A model generated the notes under the pieces. The model did no database searches and was not told the origin of the DNA. It saw only the letters and a list, made by a program, of their open reading frames with translations. Shown piece after piece: positions 1 through 11,917 of a stretch of 36,098 nt of DNA; position 1 is the stretch's first letter; each line of letters opens with the position of its first letter. This stretch comes from Chiloscyllium plagiosum. Taxonomy: Eukaryota. The stretch covers positions 6,750,127-6,786,224 of the forward strand of contig NC_057754.1 in NCBI RefSeq assembly GCF_004010195.1. The letters run 5' to 3'. Position numbers and translations under genes: made by a program.

Positions 1-485
1 TCACAACTCTTGAATTCAATCCCTCTGCTAATGAACGATAATACTCCATAGACCTTCTTACAAACTCTATCCACCTGAGTGGCAACCTTCAAAGATCTAT
101 GTACATAGACCCCAAGATCCCTCTGTTCCTCCACCTGACTAAGAACACTACCATTAACCCTGTATTCCGCATTCTTATTTGTTCTTCCAAAATGGACAAC
201 CTCACACTTGGCACCTAATCTAGTCCCATTTGTTAGCAGTTGGCCCATATCCCTCCAAACCCTTCCCATTCATATACCCATCCAAATGCCTTTTAAATGT
301 TTAATCAAGCAGTGTTTTTCCAGATACTCATAAATCCTATCCCTCAGTACCCTTTCCATTACTTTGCCTACCACTGAAGTAAGACTAACTGGCCTGTAAT
401 TCCCGGGGTTATCCCTATTCCCTTTTTTGAACAGGGGCACAACATTCGCCACTCTCCAGTTCCCTGGTACCACCCCTGTTGACAG
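1..485 (-). mobile_element. Patchwork of CR1 (HER1-like) LINE ORF2 and 3' fragments
   Basis: The minus strand of 1-210 reads KCEVVHFGRTNKNAEYRVNG...EEQRDLGVYVHRSLKVATQVDRV (CR1 RT C-terminus). 305-473 gives WRVANVVPLFKKGNRDNPGNYRPVSLTSVVGK, typical CR1 ORF2. 213-300 is a 3'-end piece. Confidence 0.9.
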
Positions 486-494
486 TGAAGTTGA

Positions 495-3400
495 CAGAGT
501 GAGTGTTTATTCAGCTGGTGAAGGGTTACTCACCGTGTAACTGAACAGAGTGAGTGTTTATTCAGCAGGGTAAGGGTCACTCACTGTGTAACTGTACAGA
601 GTCAGTGCTTATTCAGCAGGGTAAGGGTCACTCACTGTGTAACCGTGCAGAGACAGCGTTTATTCCGCAGAGTAAAGGTCACACACTGTGTAACTGTACA
701 GAGTCAGTGTTTATTCAGCAGGGGATGGGTGACTCACCGTGTAACCGGACAGAGTGAGTGTTTATTCAGCAAGGCAAGGGTCACTCGCTGTGTAACTGTA
801 CGGAGTTAGTGTTTATGCAGCAAGGTAAGGGTCTCTCACTGTGTAACTGTACAGAGAAAGCATTTATTCAGCAGGGTAAGGGTCACTCACTGTTTAACCG
901 TATAGAGTCAGTGTTTATTCAGCAGGGTAAGGGTCACTCAGTGTTAAACTGTACAGAGTGAGTGTTTATTCAGCAGGGTAAGGGTCACTCAGTGTTAAAT
1001 TGTACAGAGTCAGTGTTTATTCAGCACGGTAAGGGTGACTCAGTGTTAAACTGTACAGAGTCAGTGTTTATTCAGCACGGTAAGGGTCACTCACTGTGTA
1101 ACTGTACAGAGTCACTGTTTATTCAGCAGGGTAAGGGTCACTCGCTGTGTAACCATACAGTGTCAGTGTTTATTCAGCAGATTAAGGGTCACTCACTGTG
1201 TAACCGTATAGAGTCAGTGTTTATTCAGCAGGGTAAGGGTCACTCGCTGTGTAACCGTACAGAGTCAGCGTTTATTCTGTAGGATAAGGGTCACCCACTG
1301 CGTAACTGTACAGAGTCAGTGTTTATTCAGCAGTGTAAGGGTCACCCACTGTGTAACTGTACAGAGTCATTGTTTATTCAGCAGGGTAAGGGTCACTCAC
1401 TGTGTAACTGTACAGAGTCATTGTTTATTCAGCAGGGTAAGTGTCACTCACTGTGTAACTGTACAGAGTCAGTGTTTATTCAGCACGGTAAGGGTCATTC
1501 ACTGTTTATATGTACATAGTCAGCATTTATTCAGCAGTGTAAGGGTCACTCACCGTGTAACCGTACAGAGTCAGTGTTTATTCTGTAGGATAAGGATCAC
1601 CCACTGCCTAACTGTACAGAGTTAGTGTTTATTCAGCAAGGTAAGGCTCACTCACCGTGTAACCGTACAGAGTCAGTGTTTATTCAGCAGGGTAAGGTTC
1701 ACTCACTGCATAACTGTACAGAGTCAGCGTTTATTCAGCAGGGTAAGGGTCACTCACTGTGTAACTGTACAGAGTCAGTGTTTATCAGCAGGGTAAGTGA
1801 CACTTGTTGTGTAACCCTACGGAGTCAGTGTTTATTCAGCAGGGTAAGGTCACTCATTGTGTAACTTTACAGAGTGAGTGTTTTTTCAGCAGAGTAAGGG
1901 TCACTCACTGTGTAAGCGTACAGAGTCAGTGTTTATTCAGCAGGGTAGGGTCACTCCCTGTGTTAAACAGTACAGAGTGTGTTTATTCAGCAGGGTAAGG
2001 CTCCCTCGTTGTGTAGCCGTATAAAGTCAGTGTTTATTCAGCAGGGTAAGGGTCACTTACTGTGTAACCGTACAGAGTGAGTATTTACACCTCAGTGTAA
2101 GGCTCACTCACTGTGTAACTGAAGAGAGTAATTGTTTATTCAGCTGGGTAAGGGTCACTCGCTGTGCAACAGTACAGAGTCAGTGTTTATTCAGCAGGGT
2201 AAGAGTCACTCACTGTGTTGAACAGTACAGAGTGAGTGTTTATTCAGCAGGGTAAGGGTCACTCGCTGTGTAGCTGTATAAAGTCAGTGTTTATTCAGCA
2301 GGGTACGGCTCACTCACTGTGTAACCGTACAGAGTCAGTGTTTATTTAGCAGGGTAAGGGTCACTCACTGTGTAACTGTACAGAGTCAGTGTTTATTCAG
2401 CAGAGTATGGGCCACTAACTGTGCAGCCGTATAAAGTCAGTGTTTATTCAGCAGGGTACGGGTCACTCGCTGTGCAACCATACTGAGTGAGTATTTATTC
2501 AGCATGGTAAGGTCACTCACTGTGTAACTGTACAGAGTCAGTGTTTATTCATCAGGGTAAGGGTCACTCGCTATGTAACTGTACAGAGTCAGTGTTTATA
2601 CAGCAGTGTAAGGGTCACTCACTTAGTAATTGTACAGAGTCAGCGTTTATTCAACAGGGTTAGGGTCACTCACTGTGTAACCATACAGAGTCAGTGTTTA
2701 TTCAGCAGGGTAAGGGTCACTCGCTGTCTAGTCGTATGAAGTCAGTGTTTATTCAGCAGGGTAAAGGTCACTTGCTGTGTAACTGTACAGAGTGAGTATT
2801 TATTCAGCAGGGTAAGGCTCACTCACTGTGTAACTGAAGAGAGTCATTGTTTATTCAGCAGGGTACGGGTCACTCGCTGTGTAACTGTACAGAGTCAGTG
2901 TTTATCAGCAGGGTAAGGGTCACTCACTGTGTAACTGTACAGAGTCAGTGTTTATCAGCAGGGTATGTGACACTTGTTGTGTAACCCTATGGAGTCAGTG
3001 TTTATTCAGCAGGGTAAGGTCACTCATTGTGTAACTTTGCAGAGTGAAGGTTTATTCAGCAGTGTACAGGTCACTCGCTGTGTAAGTGTACAGAGTCACT
3101 GTTTATTCAGCAGAGTAAGGGTCACTCACTGTTTAATTGTAGAGTCAGGGTATGGGTAAACGGACAGAGTGAGTATTTATTCAGCAGGGTATGGGTCACT
3201 CACTGTCTAACTGTCCAGAGTCAGTGTTTATTCAGCAGGGTAAGGGTCACTCATGGTGTAACTGTACAGAGTCAGTGTTTATTCAGCAGGGTAAGGGTCA
3301 CCCACTGCGTAACTGTACAGAGACAGTGTTTATTCAGCAGGGTAAGGATCACTCGCTGTGTAAACGTACAGAAGCAGTGTTTATTCTGTAGGATAAGGAT

Positions 3401-6400
3401 CACCCACTGCCTAACTGTACAGAGTTAGTGTTTATTCAGCAAGGTAAGGCTCACTCACTGTATAACTGTACAGAGTCTGTGTTTATTCAGCAGGTTAAGG
3501 GTCACCCACTGCGTAACTGTACAGAGACAGCATTTATTCAGCAGGGTAAGGGTCACTCACCGTGTAACTGTACAGAGTCAGTGTTTATTCATCAGGGTAA
3601 GGTTCACTCACTGCATAACTGTACAGAGTCAGCGTTTATTCAGCAGGGTAAGGGTCACTCACTGTGTAACTGTACAGAGTCAGTGTTTATCAGCAGGGTA
3701 AGTGACACTTGTTGTGTAACCCTATGGAGTCAGTGTTTATTCAGCAGGGTAAGGTCACTCATTGTGTAACTGTGAAGAGTCAGTGTTATACAGCAGGGTA
3801 AGGGTCACTCACTGTAACTGTACAACGTCAGTGTTTATTCAGCAGGGTAAGGGGCACTCACTGTTTAACCGTACAGAGTCAGAGTTTATTCAGCAGGGTA
3901 ACGGTCACTCATTGTGTAAACGTACTGAGTGAGTATTTATTCAGCAGGGTAAGGGCCACTCAGTGTGTAACGGTTTTGAGACAGCGTTTATTCCATAGGG
4001 TAAAGGTCACTCACTGTATAACTGTACAGAGTCAGTGTTTATTCAGCAGGGTAAGGGTCACTCACAGTGTAACTGTACAGAGTCAGCGTTTATTCAGCAG
4101 GGTAAGGGTCACTCACTGTGTAACTGTCCAGAGTCAGAGTTTATTCAGCAGGGTAAGGGTCACTCATGGTGTAACTGTACAGAGTCAGTGTTTATTCAGC
4201 AGGGTAAGGGTCACTCACCGTGTAACCGTACAGATTCAGTGTTTATTCAGCAGGGTAAGGGTCACCCACTGCGTAACTGTACAGAGACAGTGTTTATTCA
4301 GCAGGGTAAGGATCACTCGCTGTGTAAACGTACAGAATCAGTGTTTATTCTGTAGGATAAGGATCACCCACTGCCTAACTGTACAGAGTTAGTGTTTATT
4401 CAGCAAGGTAAGGCTCACTCACTGTATAACTGTACAGAGTCTGTGTTTATTCAGCAGGTTAAGGGTCACCCACTGCGTAACTGTACAGAGACAGCATTTA
4501 TTCAGCAGGGTAAGGGTCACTCACCGTGTAACTGTACAGAGTCAGTGTTTATTCAGCAGAGTAAGGGGCACTCACTGTTTAACTGTACAGAGTCAGAGTT
4601 TATTCAGCAGGGTAACGGTCACTCATTGTGTAAACGTACTGAGTGAGTATTTATTCAGCAGGGTAAGGGTCACTCACTGTTCAACAGTACAGAGTCAGTG
4701 TTTATTCAGCAGGGTAAGGGTCACTCAGTGTGTAACGGTTTTGAGACAGCGTTTATTCCATAGGGTAAAGGTCACTCACTGTATAACTGTACAGAGTCAG
4801 TGTTTATTCAGCAGGGTAAGGGTCACTCGCTATGTAACCGTACAGAGTGAGTGTTTATTCAGCACGATAAGGGTCACTCACTGTGTAACTGTACAGAGTC
4901 AGTGTTTATGCTGCAAGGTAAGGGTCACTCACTGTGTAACTGAACAGAGCAAGCATTTATTCAGCAGGGTAAGCGTCACTCACTGTGTAACTGTACAGAG
5001 TCAGTGTTTATGCTGCAAGGTAAGGGTCACTCACTGTGTAACTGAACAGAGCAAGCATTTATTCAGCAGGGTAAGGGTCACTCACTGTTTCACTGTAGAG
5101 AGTCAGAGTTTATTCAGCAGGGTAAGGGTCACTTATTGTGTAAACGTACAGAGTGAGTGTGTATTCAGCACGGTAAGGGCCACTCACTGTGTAACCGTAC
5201 AGTGTCAGTGTTTATTCAACAGGGTAAGGGTCACTCGCTGTGTAACCGTACAGCGTCAGTGTTTATTCAGCAGGGTAAGGGCCACTCACCGTGTAACCGT
5301 ACAGAGGCACTGTTTATTCAGCAGGGTAAGGGTCACCCACTGCGTAACTGTACAGAGACAGTGTTTATTCAGCAGGGTAAGCGTCACTCACTGTGTAACT
5401 GTACAGAGTCAGTGTTTATGCAGCAAGGTAAGGGTCACTCACTGTATAACTGTACAGAGTCAGTGTTTATTCAGCAGGGTAAGCGTCACTCACTGCGTAA
5501 CTGTACAGTGTCAGTGTTTATGCAGCAAGGTAAGGGTCACTCACTGTATAACTGTACAGAGCAAGCATTTATTCAGCAGGGTAAGGGTCACTCACTATTT
5601 CACTGTAGAGAGTCAGAGTTTATTCAGCAGGGTAAGGGTCACTTATTGTGTAAACGTACAGAGTGAGTGTGTATTCAGCACGGTAAGGGCCACTCACCGT
5701 GTAACCGTACAGAGTCAGTGTTTATTCAACAGGGTAAGGATCACTCACTGTGTAACCGTACAGAGTCAGTGTTTATTCAGCAGGGTAAGGGCCACTCACC
5801 GTGTAACCGTACAGAGTCAGTGTTTATTCAGCAGGGTAAGGGTCACTCGCTGTGTAACCGTACAGAATCAGTGTTTATTCAGCGTCTCACCCACTGCGTA
5901 ACTGTACAGAGTCAGTGTTTATCCTGTAGGATAAGGGTCACTCAATGTGTAACTGTACAGAGTCAGAGTTTATTCAGCAGGGTAAGGGTCACTCACTGTG
6001 TGACCGTACAGAGTCAGTGTTTATTCAGCAGGGTGAGGGTCACTCGCTGTGTAACTGTACAGAGTCAGTGTTTATTCAGCGGGGTAAGCGTCACTCACTG
6101 TGTAACCGTACAGAGTCGGTGTTTATTCAGCAGGTTTATTCAACAGGGTAAGGGTCACTCGCTGTGTAACCGTACAGAATCAGTGTTTATTCAGCGTCTC
6201 ACCCACTGCGTAACTGTACAGAGTCAGTGTTTATTCTGTAGGATAAGGGTCACTCAATGTGGAACTGTACAGAGTCAGTGTTTATTCAGCAGGGTAAGGG
6301 TCACTCACTGTGTGACCGTACAGAGTCAGTGTTTAGTCAGCAGGGTGAGGGTCACTCGCTGTGTAACTGTACAGAGTCAGTGTTTATTCAGCGGGGTAAG

Positions 6401-6600
6401 CGTCACTCACTGTGTAACCGTACAGAGTGAGTGTTTATTCAGCAGTGTGAGGGTCACTCGCTGTGTAACTGTACAGAGTTGGTGTTTATTCAGCAGGGTA
6501 AGGGTCACTCACTGAGTAACTGTACAGAGAACACGTTTATTCAGCAGGGTAAGTGTCACTCGCTGTGTTACCATCCAGAGTCAGGGTATATTCAGCAGGG
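495..6600 (+). repeat. 51-bp tandem satellite, about 120 copies
   Basis: Unit gtcagtgtttattcagcagggtaagggtcactcactgtgtaactgtacaga repeats continuously. It produces the 17-aa periodic pseudo-ORFs (ESVFIQQGKGHSLCNCT). Confidence 0.97.
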
Positions 6601-7049
6601 TATTATCCAGGGTTTTCACTGGGCTGCTGTGAAACAGTTTGCTCTCAGAAGATGCTTATGACACCAGTATTTGGTGAGTATGTGCAGTAGTGCACTGCTG
6701 GCAATTCTGAAAATATCAGCAAATCTTTTGTTTCAAATCTGTGCTCTTCCATTCTCAATCAGCCCAACTTAGAGCTCACAGAAATGACAACTGACAGCAG
6801 ACACAAGGCCTGTGTCATGGACAGGAGCCAAACTTTGGCACCCTGCAGAAAAGTATTTTATTTAACCCTCTGGGTCCAGAAGCACAATTAATAGGGCAGA
6901 TTTCTCACAGTCGGTGGTTTACTTAAGTCACCTGCAGCGACTGCAAAATTCTTCCACTTTCTCCCTTTGCTGTGAGCCTGTGTGGAACATAATTCCACCT
7001 TTTCCTTCATATACTCTCTGTGACTCTTATGACTGTCATCTCGATCTCC

Positions 7050-7550
7050 ATTGTCCCCCCATCAAACACTCCCCAGGACAGGGCCAGCAGGGGTTAGATG
7101 CAGAATAAAGCTTCCTCTACACTGTCCCCCCATCAAACACTCCCCAGGAAAGGGACAGCACGGGGTTAGATACAGAGTAAAGCTCCCTCTACACTGTCCC
7201 CATCAAACACTCCCCAGGACAGGGACAGCACAGGGTTAGGTACAGAGTAAAGATTCCTCTACACTGTCCCCCCATCAAACACTCCCCAGGACAGGGCCAG
7301 CACAGGGTTAGATACAGAATAAAGCTCCCTCTACACTGTCCCCCATCAAACACTCCCAGGAGAGGAAAAGCATGGGGCTAGATAGAGAGTAAAGCTCACT
7401 GTACACTGTCCCCCATCAAACACTCCCAGGAGAGGAAAAGCATGGGGCTAGATACAGAGTAAAGCTCACTGTACACTGTCCCCTAACAAACACTCCCAGG
7501 AGAGAAACAGCATGGGGTTAGATACAGAGTAAAGCTCCCTCTACACCATC
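7050..7550 (+). repeat. ~70-bp minisatellite, about 7 copies
   Basis: Unit acactgtcccccatcaaacactccccaggacagggacagcacggggttagatacagagtaaagctccctct. Confidence 0.93.
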
Positions 7551-7594
7551 CTTGATATCAAAAATGGACGAGGGGCCCGCAGTGAAGGATCATA

Positions 7595-7700
7595 GCGGGA
7601 TTGTCAGAGGGTCACAGAGGGAAGGTGGGGCAGTAAGGCCGTAGGAAGTGTTGGAAAGCGAGGGTGGGATTTTGCAAAGGGCGGTGTTGTGCAGCACTTG
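7595..7700 (-). mobile_element. Old L2-like LINE 3' remnant
   Basis: gggtcacagagggaaggtggggcagtaaggccgtaggaagtgttggaaagcgagggtgggattttg resembles the reverse complement of L2 3' regions as recalled. Heavily decayed. Confidence 0.4.
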
Positions 7701-7949
7701 GAGGGGCTCAGCGAGCTGAGGCGGATGGGCGGAGGAGGCGTGCGGGATGTGTGTGGGATGGGGTCTGGGCGCTGGTTTGGATCCTGTCCAGCCCCCTCCG
7801 CGACGGTGGAAGCAATGGTGGGATCTGAGAGGACCGTCCCGATCGGAGCCACCCCCACTCTGAGCTTGCACCCTCCCCCTGCTCTGCTCCAAGGGATGCG
7901 TAGTGCCACCTGACACTCAATGCCCACCTCTCTGGCAAGGGGCAGCCTG

Positions 7950-8500
7950 GCACAGAAACAGACCCTTCAGTCCAACCTGTCCATGTCAACCCAATATCCT
8001 AACTTAATCTAGTTCTATTTGCCAGCACTTGTCCCATATCCCTCCAAACCCTTCCTATTCATGTCCCCATTTAAATACCTCTTAAACGTTGTCATTGTAC
8101 CAGCCTCCACCACTTCCTCTGGCAGCTCATTCCATACACTCACCATCCTCTGTGTGAAAAGGTTGCCCTTAGTTCCCTTTTAAATCTTCCCCCTCTCACC
8201 CTAAACCTATGCCCTCCTGTTCTGGACTCCCCGACCCCAGGGAAGAGACTTTGTCTATTTACCCTATCCATGCCCCTTCATGATTTTATAAACCTCTATC
8301 AGGTCACCCCTCAACCTCCGGCGCTCCAGGGAAAACAGCCCCAGCCTGTTCATCCTCTCCCTGTTGCTCAAACCTTTAAATCGCCTTGTCTGAACCCTTT
8401 CAAGTTGTACAACATCTTTTTCGTAGGAGGGAGACCAGAATTGCAGGCAGTCATCCAAAAGTGACCTAACCAATGTCTTGTACAGTCACAACACGACCTC
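7950..8500 (-). mobile_element. CR1 LINE 3' fragment
   Basis: Minus-strand ORF contains LQFWSP...RLGLFSLERRRLRGDLIEVYKIMKG, followed by the CR1 3' tail (acagaaacagacccttcagtccaac on +). Confidence 0.92.
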
Positions 8501-8504
8501 TCAA

Positions 8505-9520
8505 GACGTTGGATCCAAAATTGGGTTAATAGCAGGAGATGGAGGGTGGTGAAAGAGTGCTGTTTGTGTGAGTGGAGCCCAGTGTGCAGTGGTGTCCCAC
8601 AGGGATCAGTGCTGGGTCCCTTACTGTCCCTGATCTGTGTGTAAACGGTGTCACTGGAGAACGTGGGAGGGTAAGTTTGCGGATGACACAAAAGATTGGC
8701 GGGCAAGTTGACAGGAGGAAGGTTACAGGATTGGTCGGATGGGCAGATTGGTGGCAGACGGACCTTAACTCCTGGTAAATGTGGTGCATTTCAGAGGAAG
8801 GAACAAGGCAAGGGGAGCACTCAGGGCTAGCAGGGCACTAGGAAGCTCAGAGGAACAGAGGGGTCTTGGGCAGCTCGTCCACTGATCCCTGAAGGGTTAA
8901 CAGTGTAGCTAAGAAGGTATACGGGGCCTCTATCAGTCTTGGCGTAGAGTATGAGAGCAGAGAGGTCATGCTCGAGCTGTACAGAGCATTGGTGAGCTGG
9001 AGTACAGTGTTCAGTTCCAGTCTCCGAAAGGATGTGATCGCACTGGGAGGAGGGGAGGACGCAGAGGAGACCCCAGAGGAGACCCTGGGGTGGAACATGT
9101 CAGCGATGAAGAGATGCCATTCCCAGCACCACACCCTCAACAGTGATGGATAAGCTCGGGTCCTTCGCTTGGGAGCGGGGATGGTTGAGAAGTGGGGTCG
9201 GGGTGGGGGAGCTTTAGAGGTGCAGCAGGTCACAGGGGGCATGGGCTGGGTGATTGGAAGCTGCTGCTCAAGGGGTCAGTCACAAGGGGAGCATCATTTT
9301 GAAGTCAGCGAGGAGTTGAGGATCTACCTTTTCACTCAGGGGGGTTGGTGGTGACTGTACTGTCCAGGAGGTTAGTTAAGGCAGAAAGACTCACAACCCT
9401 TGGTAAACGGTCACGCCATCTCATGATATACGGGCCCAGTGTGGGTAACCAGGACCTGTGTGGATAGGTGGGTGCGTGCTCGACGGGCCGAAGGGCCTGT
9501 TCTGTGCTGTTCGGCTCTGT
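8505..9520 (+). mobile_element. Heavily decayed CR1 LINE (RT region to 3' tail)
   Basis: WIQNW...SGVPQGSVLGP near 8510-8620, FADDTKI-like tttgcggatgacacaaaagattggc, MLELYRALV, and the tail gggccgaagggcctgttctgtgctgt near 9485-9510. Confidence 0.85.
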
Positions 9521-9874
9521 GGACCCTCGTCCCTACCCGGTGCCATTGTGGCGGCGCTCTTCCATGGGTCAGAGGTACCTGGGTCTCACGGGTTGGACTG
9601 GGTGCCATGGGCACAGGGGAGGGAGCCTCACCCCAAGAGAGGGGAAAGGGTGCCTCATTGCTGCAGGGAGAGCGGGTTAAAGGTGTTTGCTCAGCACTTA
9701 CTGAAGGGTTAACGAGGGGGTAACGTCCAGTTTAACGAGCACGGGGCAACGAACCATTGGAAGTGAGCAGGACCAGTATGTCTCCTTTCCCGGTCTTACT
9801 GGTTTCTGCCTCAGGAGTGGTGCACACCCAAAGATGGCTGAGTGGAAAGGGGAATGGCAAAGGTGTGGCACATC

Positions 9875-10250
9875 CACGGGATGTGGATGTCACTGGCTAG
9901 GCCCAGTATTTATTGCTCCGTCCCTAATTGCCCCCCCTTGAGAAGGTGGGGGTGAGCTGCCACCTTGAACCGCTGCAGCCCGTGTGCTGTGAGTTAGACC
10001 CACGATGCCCTGTGGGACGGCGTTCCAGGATACTGACCCAAGGAACGGCTGATATATTCCCAAGTCGGGATGGGAAGTGGTGGGAACTTGCAGGAGGGGT
10101 GGTGTTCCCATGTATCTGCTGCCCCTTGTCCTCCTAGTTGGTGGTGGGTTTGGAAGGTGCTGCCTGAGGAGCCTCGGGGAGTTGCTGCTGTGCGTCTTGT
10201 AGATGGTACACACTGCTGCTACTGAGCGTCGGTGGGGGGCTGGAGGGAGG
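9875..10250 (-). mobile_element. 3' end of a second LINE family (CR1/L2 group)
   Basis: Minus ORF CTIYKTHSSNSPRLLRQHLPNP. The same family recurs at 24660-25275 (+) and 31645-31925 (-). Confidence 0.8.
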
Positions 10251-10449
10251 GGGTGTGGTGCACATCAAAGCAGGGAGCTGCTTTGTCCCACACTCCTGCC
10301 TGTGGACAGGCTGTCATGAGCAAGCAGGGAAGGTGGAGGCCGAATGGCCTCCTCCCTATCCCATATCCTTCGCCCCCCCCCCCCCCACCAAGAGCAGGAA
10401 AATGCACTTGGAATTCCTCGACTGGAATGGAACACTTTCATCAGTTCAA

Positions 10450-10622
10450 GGGAGGAGAGAGGGAGAGGAAGGGAGAGAGAGAGAGGGGGAGAGAGAGGGA
10501 GAGAGAGAGAGGGAGAGAGAGAGAGAGGGAGAAAGAGAGAGACGGAGAGAGAGAGAGCACCAGAGGAGAGAGAGGGAGAGAGAAAGAGAGAGAGAGCACC
10601 AGGAGAGAGAGAGAGAGAAGGA
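10450..10622. repeat. GA-rich microsatellite / polypurine tract
   Basis: Imperfect (GA)n run. Confidence 0.95.
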
Positions 10623-11099
10623 GCAAGGATCGACACACACTCTGTAGCTGACTGTCAAAAAGGAGCCTTTTTATATGGGTCTTTCAATTATTTACTGGTT
10701 TTCTGGGATAGACCATGAGCCCGTGTGGTTACAATACAAATCCTATCTCCTCCCTTTCTCCATCTCAGTCAAATCATCCTACCCCCCTCCACTGTGTCTT
10801 ACAATAGACCCGTCCTCTGCAGCATACACCAGTGATTTTCAGTTTTTAGGTTACTCTACGCTGGCTGGTTTCAATTTTGCTCCTTGCTTTTCTACTCTGG
10901 GTTAAATCTTGATTTTTTTTTGTTTTTTTATATAAGAATGATCTCTCTCTTGTACCCCGTCCTTCCTGAATCTGCTGCCTGATTCTGTTCTGGGTTGAAT
11001 TTCTGGCTGCTTTTTATTCCCCCTCCTCTCTCTCTCTCTTCTGAATCTTCGGCTTGGATTTTAACCCCCCCAAAAGGATCTGCTTTCCCCCCACCAACC

Positions 11100-11861
11100 C
11101 CCTGAGCTGCAAACCTTCAGCCACTACCTCTGTGTACGCGCGGCATCTCCCCACAGGGGACGTTGTGGGACCTGATCTCCCCTAAAGTGTGTGCACCGTG
11201 GAGCAGAAGAGGGAATTTCTCCCGCAGGCTCGGAGTGGTCTCTTTACCCTCAGCGAGACTTTGAAGGGGGTGGAAGGGAGAGGAGGAAGAGAGGGAGCTC
11301 TCTGACCAGGAGCTGGAGAGAGAGAGAGAGAGAGAGAGGAGCTGGAAACAGAGAAAGAAGGAACTGGAAATAAAGAAGGAAGGAGCTGGAAATAAAGGAA
11401 AAAGGAATTGGAAATAACGAAGGAAGGAGCTTGAAATAAAGGAGAAAGGAAATTGGACAGAGAGAGAAGGAGCTGGAAAGAGAGAGAAGGGGGAAAACAC
11501 CCCCTTCCAGCCCCTACCTTTGAGCCCTTCGGATGTGAACCTTTGATCCATTTCACCGTCCGGAGCTAGGAAGAGGGAATCCTTTTCTCTTTGGTCTTAT
11601 TGAGGGCTGTGCCTTTGGAGATTGTTGTGGTTTGAAGGTGGAAAGGGGAGATCCAGAGGAGAGGTCTGGTTTGAATGATGGCCTTCTGTCAGGGTGCTGA
11701 GTGAATTGAGGAGGGACACAGAGAGAAGGGAGAGAAGACGCTCTGTCCTGCGATGGGATAGACCGGCCAAAGATCCGTCTGTGGAGACCCTCTCACCCCC
11801 TTTGCTTGCTGCTGCTCCAGCGTCATCTCCCAGCGGATACTTGACCAGCACCAGCCGCCAC

Positions 11862-11892
<31 letters not shown>

Positions 11893-11913
11893 CCCTATGG
11901 CGACGCCGGCAAC
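11100..11913 (+). promoter_or_regulatory. Inferred NRXN2-beta promoter and 5' UTR region
   Basis: TE-free sequence directly upstream of the beta-specific coding exon, with purine and pyrimidine tracts and rising CpG density towards the exon. The TSS cannot be located from sequence alone. Confidence 0.5.
11305..11490 (+). repeat. Degenerate ~20-23 bp purine-rich repeat
   Basis: Repeated gaaggagctggaaataaag / gaaggaactggaaataaag / aaaggaattggaaataacg variants. Confidence 0.75.
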
Positions 11914-11917
11914 ATGA
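11897..11917 (+). promoter_or_regulatory. Upstream ORF (MATPAT*) whose TGA overlaps the main ATG
   Basis: atg gcg acg ccg gca aca tga. The main ATG at 11914-11916 lies within acATGa. Confidence 0.6.

Noticed and set aside
554..6661. Cys/His-rich periodic ORFs resembling zinc-finger or metallothionein-like proteins
   Set aside because: They are translations of the 51-bp satellite, open in more than one frame, with scattered stops and frameshifts and no true C2H2 spacing.
7950..9520. Divergent CR1 pair as a single twin-primed insertion (also 34210-34955)
   Set aside because: Both halves have their own 3' tails and differ in subfamily or decay, so they are independent insertions.
10232..10718. 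Arg/Glu-rich and Ser/Leu-rich ORFs
   Set aside because: They are translations of the GA microsatellite. The same applies at 14242-14738.
11686..11700. RE1-like motif on the minus strand (TCAGCACCCTGACAG) upstream of the beta ATG
   Set aside because: It is one base short between the half-sites and does not fit the canonical consensus.
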